Source of the DNA: Chiloscyllium plagiosum
Taxonomy: Eukaryota
DNA length: 36,928 nt
Assembly: GCF_004010195.1 (NCBI RefSeq)
Contig: NC_057719.1
Coordinates: 35,981,041-36,017,968, forward strand
Reading direction: 5' to 3'
Shown: positions 22,118 through 32,913 of the stretch, in pieces
Layout of the letters: every line of letters starts with the position of its first letter
How positions within the stretch are numbered: the first letter of the stretch is position 1
Notes under the pieces: model-generated
Told to the model about the DNA's origin: nothing
The model's input: only the letters and a program-made list of their open reading frames with translations
The model's database searches: none
Position numbers and translations under genes: made by a program

Positions 22118-22385
22118 GGAAAGCACAGTAAATGTTTCGAGTCCAGTGGCCCTTCTTCAGAAATGAATTCTGAAATATAAATATATGTTCTGAAGATAAA
22201 TTCATGACAGTAACTGACAGATTTTTGGTCCTAAGGGAATTGAGTTCTGAAGAAGAAACACTAGGGTCTTGAAACATTAATTCTGCTTTTTCTCCACAGA
22301 TGCCACCAGACCTGCTGAGTTTCTCCAGTAATTTCTGTTTTTGCTTGGTTCAGATCTCCAGAATCCGCAAGTTCCTTGTTTTATT
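22118..22385 (+). mobile_element. Penelope-derived fold-back mini-element (family B) with captured DNA in its loop
   Basis: Left arm ATGTTTCGAGTCCAGTGGCCCTTCTTCAGAA; right arm TTCTGAAGAAG...GAAACATTAATTCTGCTTTTTCTCCACAGATGCCACCAGACCTGCTGAG; tail CTCCAGAATCCGCAAG. Confidence 0.78.
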
Positions 22386-22764
22386 ATATCAAAATAGTCA
22401 AATTATTTCTCTTTATTACTGTTATCTAAAATAAAACTTGTTTCTTCAATGAACTCAAAAATAATTTGAAATAACTTATTCTTGTGGCTAGAAATCCTTT
22501 AGCATATAGACCTATCTCTTTAAAACCAAGTTGCTCCTGCAATTAAAGTCATACACTGAATTTCTTATTTCTCTTAAAAGCTTTGCTCATCTCCTTTCCA
22601 AAGTTGCTTGTTTTTCAGTGGACAGCAGGTGGCTTACAGCATTCAATAAACTGTTGGCTTCACGACCACATGTTAAAAACTTTCAAAATCAGAGAATATA
22701 CAAATAGTTCAAAATCTTCCAGATCTTCCAGCTAGTTCTTAAATATAAATATACATTCTGAACA

Positions 22765-22955
22765 TATTGAATATATTCATGACAGTGATTGACAGATTTC
22801 TGCGTACTAAGGGAATTGTGGGAAATTAGAGTAGAGTAGGAAGGTATAGCTGAAGTAGAATATTAATCATGATCTTCGTAAATGGTACAGCAGGCTCCAA
22901 GGGGAAACCAACCACCTTCTACTCCTTTTCTTGTATTCCTGTGTCCTATATTCTT
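22765..22955 (+). mobile_element. Old CR1 LINE 3' end
   Basis: GAATATATTCATGACAGTGATTGACAGATTT...CATGATCTTCGTAAATGGTACAGCAGGCTC. Confidence 0.65.
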
Positions 22956-23156
22956 ATTGGCCTTCTTATCCACTGGGTACACTTCATATGTATATATGAG
23001 CCCTCTGCAGCTACATTCCTAACCTATCTAACTGCATTTTCTGGGATGTAATTGCAAATTCTGATGAGAGAATTACAGGGCAGTGTGAGGTAAAGTCTTA
23101 TTCTTGACCTGCAGGAGGCAGGTCATTGGGAATGGGAGACATGTGGAATGGAGTGA

Positions 23157-24245
23157 ACACAGAATATAGAACATAGAACACAGAATATTACAGTACAGTT
23201 CAGGCCTTTTGGCCCTAAATTGGCTATGCAATTACTCATAGTGTCCAGGGATATGCAGGTTAGGTGGATTGGCCATGCTAAATTGCCAATCGTGTCCAGG
23301 ATGTTGCGCCAACCTGTGGAACCAATCTGAAGCCCATTATTCCTACACTATTTCACTTTCATTCAGATGTTTATCCAATGACTATTTAAATGCCCTTAAA
23401 ATTGGTGAGTCTACTACTATTGCAGGCAGTGCATTCCATGTTCCTATTATCCTCTGAGTAAAGAAATTACCTCTAACATCTGTCCTATATCTAACACCCC
23501 TCAATTTAAAGCTACGTCCCCTTGTGCTAGCCATCACCATCCAAATAAAAAGGCTCTCACTGTCCAATCTATCTAACCCTCTAATTGTCTTAAATGCCTC
23601 AATTAATTCACCTCTCAACCTTCTTTTCTCTAATAAAAACAGCCTCAAGTCCCTTAGCCTTTCCTCATAAGACCTTCCCTCCATACCAGGCAACATCCAA
23701 GTAAATCTCCTCTGAACCCTTTGCAAAGCTTCCACATCCTTCCTTTAATGTGATGACCAGAACTGTACTCAATACTCCAAGTGTGGCCGCACCAGAGTTT
23801 TGTCCAGCTGCAGCATGACCTCATGGCTCTGAAATTCAATCCCTCTACCAATAAAAGCTAACGCACCGTATGCCTTCTTAACACTCCTATCAACCTGGGT
23901 GGCAACTTTCAGGGATCTATATACATGGACAATGAGATCTCCCTGCTCGTCTACACTACCAAGAATCTTACCATTAGTCCAGTACTCTTTATTCCTGTTG
24001 CTCTTTCCAAAGTGAACCACCTCACACTTTTCCGCTTCAAACTCCTTTTGCCACCTCTCAGCCCAGCTCTGCAGTTCATCTATGTCCATCTGTAACCTGC
24101 AATGTCCTTCAGCACTATCCACAACTCCACCGACCTTAGGTCATCCACAAATTTACTAATCCATCCTTCTGCGCCGTCATTTAGGTCATTTATAAAAATA
24201 ACAAACAGCAGTGGCATCAAAACAGATCCTTGCGGTACACCACTA
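23157..24245 (-). mobile_element. CR1-clade LINE RT and 3' fragment
   Basis: SGVPQGSVLMPLLFVIFINDL, ISKFVDD, LVRPHLEY, QRVQRRFT, RGNFFTQRII; (AGAACAT)n tail. Confidence 0.93.
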
Positions 24246-24548
24246 AGAGAGATGTCAATAACAGAAGAAACCATACAGGAACTACAAAGTTTATACATTC
24301 ACTGTAAATCCTTTAATGAAGAGGAACAGGACCTTGGAACCCAGTCAAATAACTAGTGTATGTATGGTTTTGTATATCAGTTTTATCACTCACATGCACC
24401 TGTTGTGTGCTTCCCATTCCCTGCCTCCTCATGCTCAGTGCTCCCTCCTTTCTTCCTGCACCCCTCTGCCCCCATTCACTTCACTGCTCGCCCTTCCCCC
24501 AGTCCATGCACATTACCATTTGCTGCTGCTTGTGCTTACACCTCTCAC

Positions 24549-24968
24549 GGGCAACACAGTGCCTCACAGCACCAGGGTTTGATTCCACCCTCAGACAATT
24601 GTGTGGAGTTTGAACATTCTCCCCATGTCTGTGAGGGTTTCCTTCAGGCGCTCTGGTTTCCTCCTACAGCCCAAAGATGTGTAGATTAGATGGATTGGCC
24701 ATGCTGAATTACTCATAGTGTCGAGGGATATGCAGGCTAGGTGGATTGGCCATGCTAAATTGCCCATAGTGTCTAGGGATGTGCAGACTAGGTGGATTGG
24801 CCATACTAAATTGCCCATAGTGTCTAGGGATGTGCAGGCTAGGTGGGTTAACCATGGGAAGGATTATAAGGAAAGGGTGGGTCTGGGTGGGATGCTCTTT
24901 GGAGGGTTGATGTGGACTTGAACGGTCAAATGGCCTGCTGCCTGTAGGGATTCTATGATTCTATGATT
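24549..24968 (+). mobile_element. HE1-type SINE with expanded internal 51-bp repeat
   Basis: Decayed head GGGCAACACAGTG...GGGTTTGATTCC; units start at 24676, 24727, 24778, 24829; (GATTCTAT)n tail. Confidence 0.9.
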
Positions 24969-25100
24969 CAATCCTAAATTCCCTCACCCTTCTCATTATA
25001 TTCAGGGAGCAGAGGGTAGGAGTGGAGGGAGTGGGAAGGAATGGGATGTTGTGAAGGGAGCATTGAAGAGATGGCATAATTTGCCTTGGTTAAATCTGTG

Positions 25101-25258
25101 AGGAGAAAGTGAGGTCTGCAGATGCTGGAGATCAGAGATGGAAATGTGTTGCTGGAAACACATTATGAAGAAGGGCTAATGCCCGAAACGTCGATTCTCC
25201 TGTTCCCTAGATGCTGCCTGACCTGCTGCGCTTTTCCAGCAACACATTTCCATCTCTT
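25101..25258 (-). mobile_element. Penelope-derived fold-back mini-element (family A), 16-bp TSD
   Basis: CTTGGTTAAATCTGTG at 25085-25100 and 25259-25274; short left arm, long right arm with ATGAAGAAGGGCTAATGCCCGAAACGTC. Confidence 0.88.
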
Positions 25259-25749
25259 CTTGGTTAAATCTGTGCCATCTTTGATGTGTACAGCCACCTG
25301 GGTTGTTGCTGTCCATGAAGCACAGGCATTCACTGCAACAGCACAGGAAATTTGGGTGACAGTAAATGTGACTATTTTTAAATGGAAACTTTCTATCTAA
25401 ACCCATTATTTTGCAGTGCACCCTTCCTATCAGTAGTGATGCTGTGTAAGCTAGATTTCCTCTCACAGTTTTCCAGCAGAGAAACTCACACTTATTTCAT
25501 TATCTGCTTTTTGCACTTGCTGCAAGTTTAGATGTTTAATATAGGCAATTAAATATATCAATAAGATTATAGATAAAGAGAAGATTTGAGTTTCATATAG
25601 TTCTTATATACTACTTTTGAGCAGGAGAGGTGAACAAAGGAACTCAAGACTCATCTGATCACTGTGAAAATGGATGGTAGGAAAACCTCATCACTTCATG
25701 CCCATATTCCATGAAAGGAAAAAGAAAGACAAACGATATCATACAATTT

Positions 25750-25905
25750 TATGATCATTATTACATTATTGTTTTGTGGAATCTGGCTGTGTACAATTGA
25801 CTCTTACAACAGTGACAACATTTCAGAATTACTTCATTGACTGTAAAGCATTTTGAGAGATCCAGTAGTCATGAAAAGCAAATATAAATTATCATCTTTA
25901 TTTGT
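25750..25905 (+). mobile_element. DeuSINE (SacSINE1-like) 3' fragment
   Basis: TTACAACAGTGACAACATTTCAGAATTACTTCATTGACTGTAAAGCATTTTGAGA...TGAAAAGCAAATATAAAT. Confidence 0.7.
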
Positions 25906-26904
25906 TTTTTTCATAGGAGAATTTACATCTTATGTTATCTGCCTATTTATTTTTTAAAATCGCACTGCTCCTAAAGCCTTGCTTTCTGACCATACTTCCC
26001 CTGAAGGCTACGCTTTGCACTTAATTCACAGATGGATTAACTTAAGTAGATGTAGTTGTGTTAAATTGTAATATTTTGAATTATTGCAAAATGTTGGTTT
26101 GCCTATATAAATTTAGAGTAAAATCTCCCAAGTATTGGCCAAGAATAGGAGTCTTCAGTAGCAAGGCCAACATTCATGAGTGTCTGACTGGATTAAAGTG
26201 GTAAACTCATGTGGAGTTGATATTTACAGTGCTGACTGAGTCAAACATGTATGTGATAAAACATTCATATGTGAGTTTAGTGGCAGCTATCACTTGATCC
26301 ATATGGGGAAATAGAAATCTTGTCAGTTGAGGTAAATTGGCATGAATTTGGATGAGCTTCATATGAAATTGCTATAATTATATTTCAGCATTGATATGTT
26401 TAAATTCAGATGAAGGCAGCTGAATCTTAACTATGATTTTTGCCTATTGCCTCATATAAGATTAATTGTGCAAGACCGCATTGAATTCTTTTGCATTGAT
26501 CTCAGAATGAAATGTTTGCATAGGGATCGGGTTATGGGAGGTCAGTGTTTGGGAAATAAAGTCTTGAGTTAAAGAATTGGGCAGGAGTGGTGGAAGCTCA
26601 GAATTGATGGGATTGACAGTGTGACAATCATTACAAGAAGGAAAGAACCATGAAAGTTTCCCTAGATTACCAAGCTGAGTCTGTGACACACTCTATAAAG
26701 TGTGAATTTTTTTTTCTGCCCTCCTATGCATCTGAAACACAAATGTACAATGGAAGCAGAAAACAGTTGTAATTGCAATCACGATGGGTGGGATAAGTAT
26801 TTTAGTTTTTGTTTACCTGCGAATGCAATGATGCCCATCAAAATCAATTGCATTTATCAGGCACTTAGAAAGTATAGATTAATGACATTTATAATCATCC
26901 TGTC

Positions 26905-27080
26905 CACTGAACTACTTTTGATGTATGGTTATTATTGTAATGTTGGAAATGTGAAACCAATTCATGGACAGCAAGTCCCATAAAAGACAGTAATATATGA
27001 TCAGATAATCTGTTACATTAAGGTTATTTGAGGGTTAAAGGTTAGTTGAGACCAAGACATTGGGAATAACTCTCTAGCTT
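26905..27080 (-). mobile_element. DeuSINE (SacSINE1-like) fragment
   Basis: TTGTAATGTTGGAAA...CAGCAAGTCCCA...ATGATCAGATAATCTGTT...TTGAGGGTTAAA matches the reverse of the Deu/3' region. Confidence 0.62.
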
Positions 27081-27441
27081 GCCATTTGTTAGCACACTTT
27101 ATTGATGTCTTGCTACATTTGGCTATGGACTGCCTTAGTATCTGAGGAGAATGGCTTGGTAATCTCTGCAGGTGACAGAGTCAGTGTGTTGTGCCATATG
27201 CCTCACAGATATGTAGAGATGATGTGGTCCAGGTTTGATATCTGAATAGGAGTTTATTTAGTTTGTTAAAATGGCTGGTCTCCTGGTGTTTTCCTACAGC
27301 TTAGTTTCCCTTTCTCAGACAGAATTTTTGGATCTGAGTGACGTGGGCAATGGTGAGATTTGTGGCAATTTGTGAGAAGTCTGGCAAGGTCCATCTTGAT
27401 ATTGAGGGAAACTTGCCCAACTTTTGTACTTCTGCCAAGCA

Positions 27442-27690
27442 GAAGCGCAACTCACCCATACCCCTACATTTACCCCTTCACCTAACACTACGGGCAATTT
27501 AGCACGGTCAATTCACCTGACATGCACATCTTTGTGACTGTGGGAGGAAACCGGAGCACCTGGAGGAAACCCACGCAGACATGGGGAGAATGTGCAAACT
27601 CCACACAGACAGTCGCCTGAGGCGGGAACTGAACCCGGGTCTCTGGTGCTGTGAGGCAGCAGTGCTAACCACTGTGCCACCATGCCACCC
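27442..27690 (-). mobile_element. HE1-type SINE lacking its 3' tail
   Basis: Head GGGTGGCATGGTGGCACAGTGGTTAGCAC and GGTTCAGTTCC; similarity to 1058-1372 stops at GAAGCGCAAC. Confidence 0.9.
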
Positions 27691-28125
27691 ATTGATCATT
27701 GAGAGTAGACTGATGGGGTGGTAATTGACTGGTTTGGATTTGTCCTGCTTTTTGTATACAGGACATATCTGGGCAATTTTCCACGTGGTTGGGTAGGTAC
27801 CAGTGTTCTAACTGTACTGGAAGAGCTTGGCTGGGCATGCGGCAAGTTCTGGAGCACAAGTCTTCAGTATTATTGCTAGAATGTTGTCATAGCCGTTGCA
27901 GTGTCCAGTACTTCCAACAATTTCTTGATATCATGAGGAGCAATAAATCAAATTGGCTAAAGACTGGTATCTGTGATTCTGGGACCATTGGAGGAGGTCA
28001 AGATGGATTACCACTTGGCACTTCTGGCTGAAGATTGATGCAAATGTTTCAGCCTTATCTCTTGCTCTGAAATGCTGGGTTCTCCCATTATTGAGGATGA
28101 GGATGTTTACGGAGCCTCCTCTTTC
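27691..28125 (-). mobile_element. LINE (CR1/L2 group, second family) RT N-terminal fragment
   Basis: Minus strand encodes TWKIAQICPVYKKQDKSKPVNYHPISLLS. Confidence 0.85.
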
Positions 28126-28169
28126 ATTAAGTAATATTTCTAAATTTTAAATCCTAATTAGTTACATAA

Positions 28170-29590
28170 CACCCTAAAGAAATGTCAGGACAGGTGATGA
28201 GTTGCAATTTTAGCATGTGGGAGCTGGTGGACATCAGTATGATCCATGGTAACTATGTCTGCAGTAAGTGTATACAGGTTGATGAACTTTAAATTGGAGT
28301 TGATAAACTATTATCTGAGCATTGGACATTATGATGCAACAAAGAACGTGATCTGAACATCAAACATTACAATATCTGAGCCATGTGCAAAATGTCATCG
28401 GCTAAATGAGACCAGAGATTTAAATGCATGCTTCAGATATTGGCGCAGGAGAGATCAATTTTGAGGTATGGACTACTGGCATCAATGCTGGGGGACTTGT
28501 ACTGTTGGGATGCTTTAAATTCGACCCTAGTTGGATCTGCATACTGGTGAATTCCAGAACTAGAACTTTAAATGACATAGTTATTGATAGATTCTAACCG
28601 CGATAGTCAAACAGAAACTAAGATACATAGAATTTCGTTATGAAGAGAATTTATTGACTGTATTAATTGAGCAGTTCTTTCTCTCTGATCGAGCTGTTTC
28701 CACTTTCTACATTCAGACATCAAAAAAAAATTAACAGCTATTAACACCCTTTTTCTTTTCTAACCATAATAACTTGTATATTAATATCTTGGGGAGGAAG
28801 ATGTCACATATGGAGAGATGTATAAAATTAATGAGGAAGGACAAGACAATAATGTAAGGTAGCAATGTGAAGAGTGGCAATCAGAAAAAGACAGAGCATA
28901 CAACCACCAGCAAATAGGGTCAGGTGAGGAAGAGTGGTAAAAGGACAGAAATAAAGACAGTCATTCAGTTGCAGACAGCACTAAAGACAAAGGATGACTA
29001 CAAATAAGTAAAGAAGAAATTTGAGTCTGACAGCAACCCTGCAGAAAAAACGTAGAAACAAACAATAAAAGCTTTTACATGTACACTAAATAAGAGAGAG
29101 TAGCAAAAGTACACATTGATGCCTTACAGTATGAGGCTAGGGAATTAACGGTGGGAAACAAGGAAAGGGCAAATGTATTGAAGAAATATTTTGTATTCAT
29201 CTTCATGGTAGAAGACTCAAAAAGTATCCTAATATAAAAATAATAATGATAATTCCAAAAGGAATGAAAAACTAAAATAAGGAACTTTTGTCTCAGCAGC
29301 ATAGGGCCTTACTGAGATTTGGAGTACTGTGTACAGTTTTGGTCTCCTTGCTTAAAGGATGAAATTGCATTAAAAGCAGTTCAGAGAGGGCTCAAGCAAC
29401 TGATTCCTGTTTGGAAGGAAAATTTGAACAGGTTGAGCCTAGAGATTCAAAGAATGGGGGTGACCCTATTATAATATGTAAGGTACTGAGGGGACTTGAC
29501 AGGGTACAAGCTGGGAGCAATTTTCCACTCATGGGTGAGAACTGGGTGAGGGGACACAACTTAATAATAAAACATCTCCTATTTAGAACA
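28170..29590 (+). mobile_element. Highly decayed CR1 LINE (ORF1 Cys-finger through ORF2 pieces)
   Basis: GQVMSCNFSMWELVDISMIHGNYVCSKC at about 28189-28272; LEYCVQFWSP at about 29320; GGGGTGACC block at 29457. Confidence 0.72.
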
Positions 29591-29985
29591 TTTGCACCAC
29601 TCAAGTCCCAGGCAATGGCCATTTCCATCAAAAGAGAATCTAGCCATTGTCCTTGAAGTTCTTTGACATCACTGAATTCCCCACTAACATCCTGAAGTTT
29701 ACCATTGACCAGAAACTGAATTGCACTGGCCATCTTAGTACAGGAGTTACAAGTCAGAGCCTAGCAATCCTGCAGCCTCTAGGTCCTGACTCCCTAAAAC
29801 TTTTGGACTGTCACAAAGTGCAAGTCAGGAGTCTGATGGAATAGCCCCTGCTTGCATCAATGAGTGCAGCTCCAAAAACAGTCCAGAAGCATGGTACCAT
29901 TCAAAGCATCTGCTTGTGTAACAGCACATTCGCAAACTTTAACTCTCTCTCCCGTTAACACTCAGTGGCAGTAGTATGTACAGTT
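29586..29985 (+). mobile_element. LINE (CR1/L2 group) C-terminal fragment
   Basis: TFAPLKSQAMAISIKRESSH, TIDQKLNCTGH, KVQVRSLME. Confidence 0.72.
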
Positions 29986-32156
29986 CTCTTGGTAGTGGGA
30001 AGGAAACACTGCTCAGCTTAATTCAAAGAACTTAGTTCTCCAGTCATGGCTGTAATGCAACAAAAACCTCACTAGACTTGTCAAGATAAGAAACATAACT
30101 CTTACCTCAAAATCTAAAATCTGCACCACCTAAGTCTATACTTCCACATTCACTTCACTACATTCCTGGAAGCGATATCATACAGGGCCCCTTCACACCT
30201 TAACAAAATGTGTTGAAGCAGGCTTGGAGAGCTGACGGGCCTGTTCCTGTGCTGTAATATTCTTTGTTCTTCTATGTTTTTCGCTTTTGTCTCAACCTAT
30301 ACATTGAATATTAGAGTTTGCAAGAAATAAAAATGGCCGATTAAAGAATAGAGAAATTGAAGAAGACTGTTTAAATGATTTTATTTGTTCATTTTCAGCT
30401 TTTTTATTGATTTACTTCTCCTCTGACGATTGCTCCACAGTCCTAATGCAGGTTTCTGAGCATGGTACTTGGATCATCAGTTGCCAAGACATTTGCATCT
30501 AAGAAAGTTGGTCTGCATAGTGAGACATGGGAAACATGACAGACAGAAAGTTCAAATGGAAAAGTTTCATTCTACATGTACAACTACAGAAGAAGTAAAA
30601 AGTCCCAAATAAATTATGTAAGCAAAATTTTCCTTTATTATGTTTGATTGGCATTCCCATAGAAGATGTTAACTTTTAGTGGTAAAGTAAAAAAGGCCTC
30701 TAAAATGATTAGGTAATTTAATTCTAATGAATCACAACCTTGAATAAGGAAATTGTGCAACTCAAATATAAGTGGTGCTTATTGTGTTATGATGCATGAC
30801 ATTTATAAAATAAATCGAGGGTAGAATTTTGCATTTGTTGGTAATTTTAACACCCACTTTGTGCCATTTAGAAAAGTCACTTTATGGCAGCTAAGAATCA
30901 TTACTACTAATCTTAAAAACATAAAGTTCATGAAGTTAAAAGCTGCAGTATGACCAATTATTGAATTGTAGACTGCTTTGAAAGTTATAAAGTGTTGTTT
31001 TATTATTCACTGGAAGGCAAATTGAATAATGGAATAAAGATCGAAATTATCATGAAGTGGGAAATAAAAAGAATGCTTTGCCACAAGCACCTACTGAGGC
31101 AGAAAAGAAAAGTAAGCAAGTATTTGAAATTAAAATAGTATATGGATTTAAGGAAAAGATAGAGAAATGGTATGGGAGTAGACAGTTTCAGTTAAAGAGG
31201 TAACAGTGGTGGAGGTACAGTACCAAGTGTCCTTCATCTGTGCAGTAAATATCATGGTCTGTGTTTCACAAACTCCAAAATCCTTAATGCCATTATAAGT
31301 TATTTTCCACAAAGAATTTTAATTAATTTGTTGAAATACTGCTGGCTTTTCTATGTTGTTATGTGACCCAATTTGTTTTTAGCTTGGACATTCATTATTC
31401 AATGAGGAAATGATAATGGTCTCTCTTGGCCACACAGAATGGTTGCACAGTGAGGTCTACAATGAATGAGTGGATTTCAGCTGACTCTGAAACCTGCACT
31501 CCAAACTCACTCCTGAACAAAGGTTCCTGTTTTCTCTTCATTGTCCTGTCCTTGTTCAGCTCAACTGGTTTCTTGCAAGCTAATTAATCAATTTCTTAGT
31601 CTCCATCTTTATTTTTGATTCTCTCTACAGCCTGAAAATGTTATCCAATCATATTTTCCACCTTGTACCTTCATTGATATGGAATTACATCGTATTCTTT
31701 GCTCTCTGCATCTTATCATGGTTAATTTTCTATGCCATGCACTCGAGTTTATTTTTCAAAACTACTTTTCATTCCTGCCTCTTTATGAGCTTTCAGAATC
31801 CTCTTTAAAGCATTCAACTGCCTTCAGTCTTCTCCCAAATTCCTTAACATTTTGCTCACTGTTCTTTCTTCACTTGCAAAGTGCTCTGAGATATTACTTT
31901 CCATGAAAATGTAAGTTGTTAAAATAAATGTTATTATTCTAATTGTTTGGAACCTGGATATTCAAAAACTAGGTAGCTGAGGAAAATGACCAATTTAATG
32001 TATGAAAGATTCTGCCAAAAGTCATCAGCACCAATAAATTTATGCCTTATCATCCAAACATCAGGACTAAATTTTACATTTGTTTATGCTAATAATGGTG
32101 CATAATCCAGGTGGAATTTTGGATAAGATTTGGAAATTTTAAACTTAGTTTCCATT

Positions 32157-32732
32157 TGTTATGGACCAGGCCAGATCCTCTCAAAATATTTTAAGAAGGT
32201 AGCCCAGACCACAACTTTTTATTATTTTACAGGCAGATGTGAAGTGGATATTCAGGAGTGATACAGCTGGTCAAACCACTCAGCTTCAAGCAAAACAGAA
32301 TTTATTTAAACAGTATGGTTAAAACACAAATAAAAGAAAACAGAATTTAGAATAACTTATTTGATAACAAAACTGACTCTATTGTAACTTAACAAAGCTG
32401 TTCTAATTCCCGCAACATCTCATAAACACTCCTCTTGGCAAAAGGTAAGTTCTTACAGGCAGGAGAGATGCAAAAGAGAAATTTTAGGCAAGACCTCTGT
32501 TGAAGAATGGACCTCTTTTCACTGTAGCTGTTTTCCTAAGTCCCCAGCAGTTTTTTGACTGCTTGCTAAAAACAGACCAAACTAGAAAAAAACCTGAACT
32601 GGGAATACTGGCCATTCCTCTGCCATTTTTCAAAGTAACCATTTCCAGATAAATTGGTATCTCTGCCTTTACGACCTCTCTTGAAAAAACCAAAGGACAA
32701 CGTAACCTTGTTGAAGGGGTAACATCGTCAGA
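32157..32732 (-). repeat. 3' LTR of the Gypsy/Gmr1-like element
   Basis: Minus strand ends ...CCATAACA at 32157 and is preceded by purine tract AAGGGGAGACG (32733-32743); the expected 5' TG reads TC, so that boundary is approximate; no second LTR in the window. Confidence 0.68.
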
Positions 32733-32913
32733 CGTCTCCCCTTAAAAAAAGGACCATCAATATACAAATATGACAATTTTAAAATGCCTTATTCTTACAC
32801 TGTTAATACACTATTATATATAGATATAAATTACATTGACTATAACTACACACACATGCATGACTACATTCTATTTCAGTCTGTTTACTCTTGCTACCAA
32901 ATGCCTCCATTTC

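Noticed and set aside
24676..24858. CRISPR-like array
   Set aside because: Contiguous tandem units without unique spacers, inside a SINE in a vertebrate genome.
30421..30622. Exon between CTGAC...CCACAG and GTAAGC
   Set aside because: No open frame across it; could only be non-coding and cannot be supported from sequence alone.
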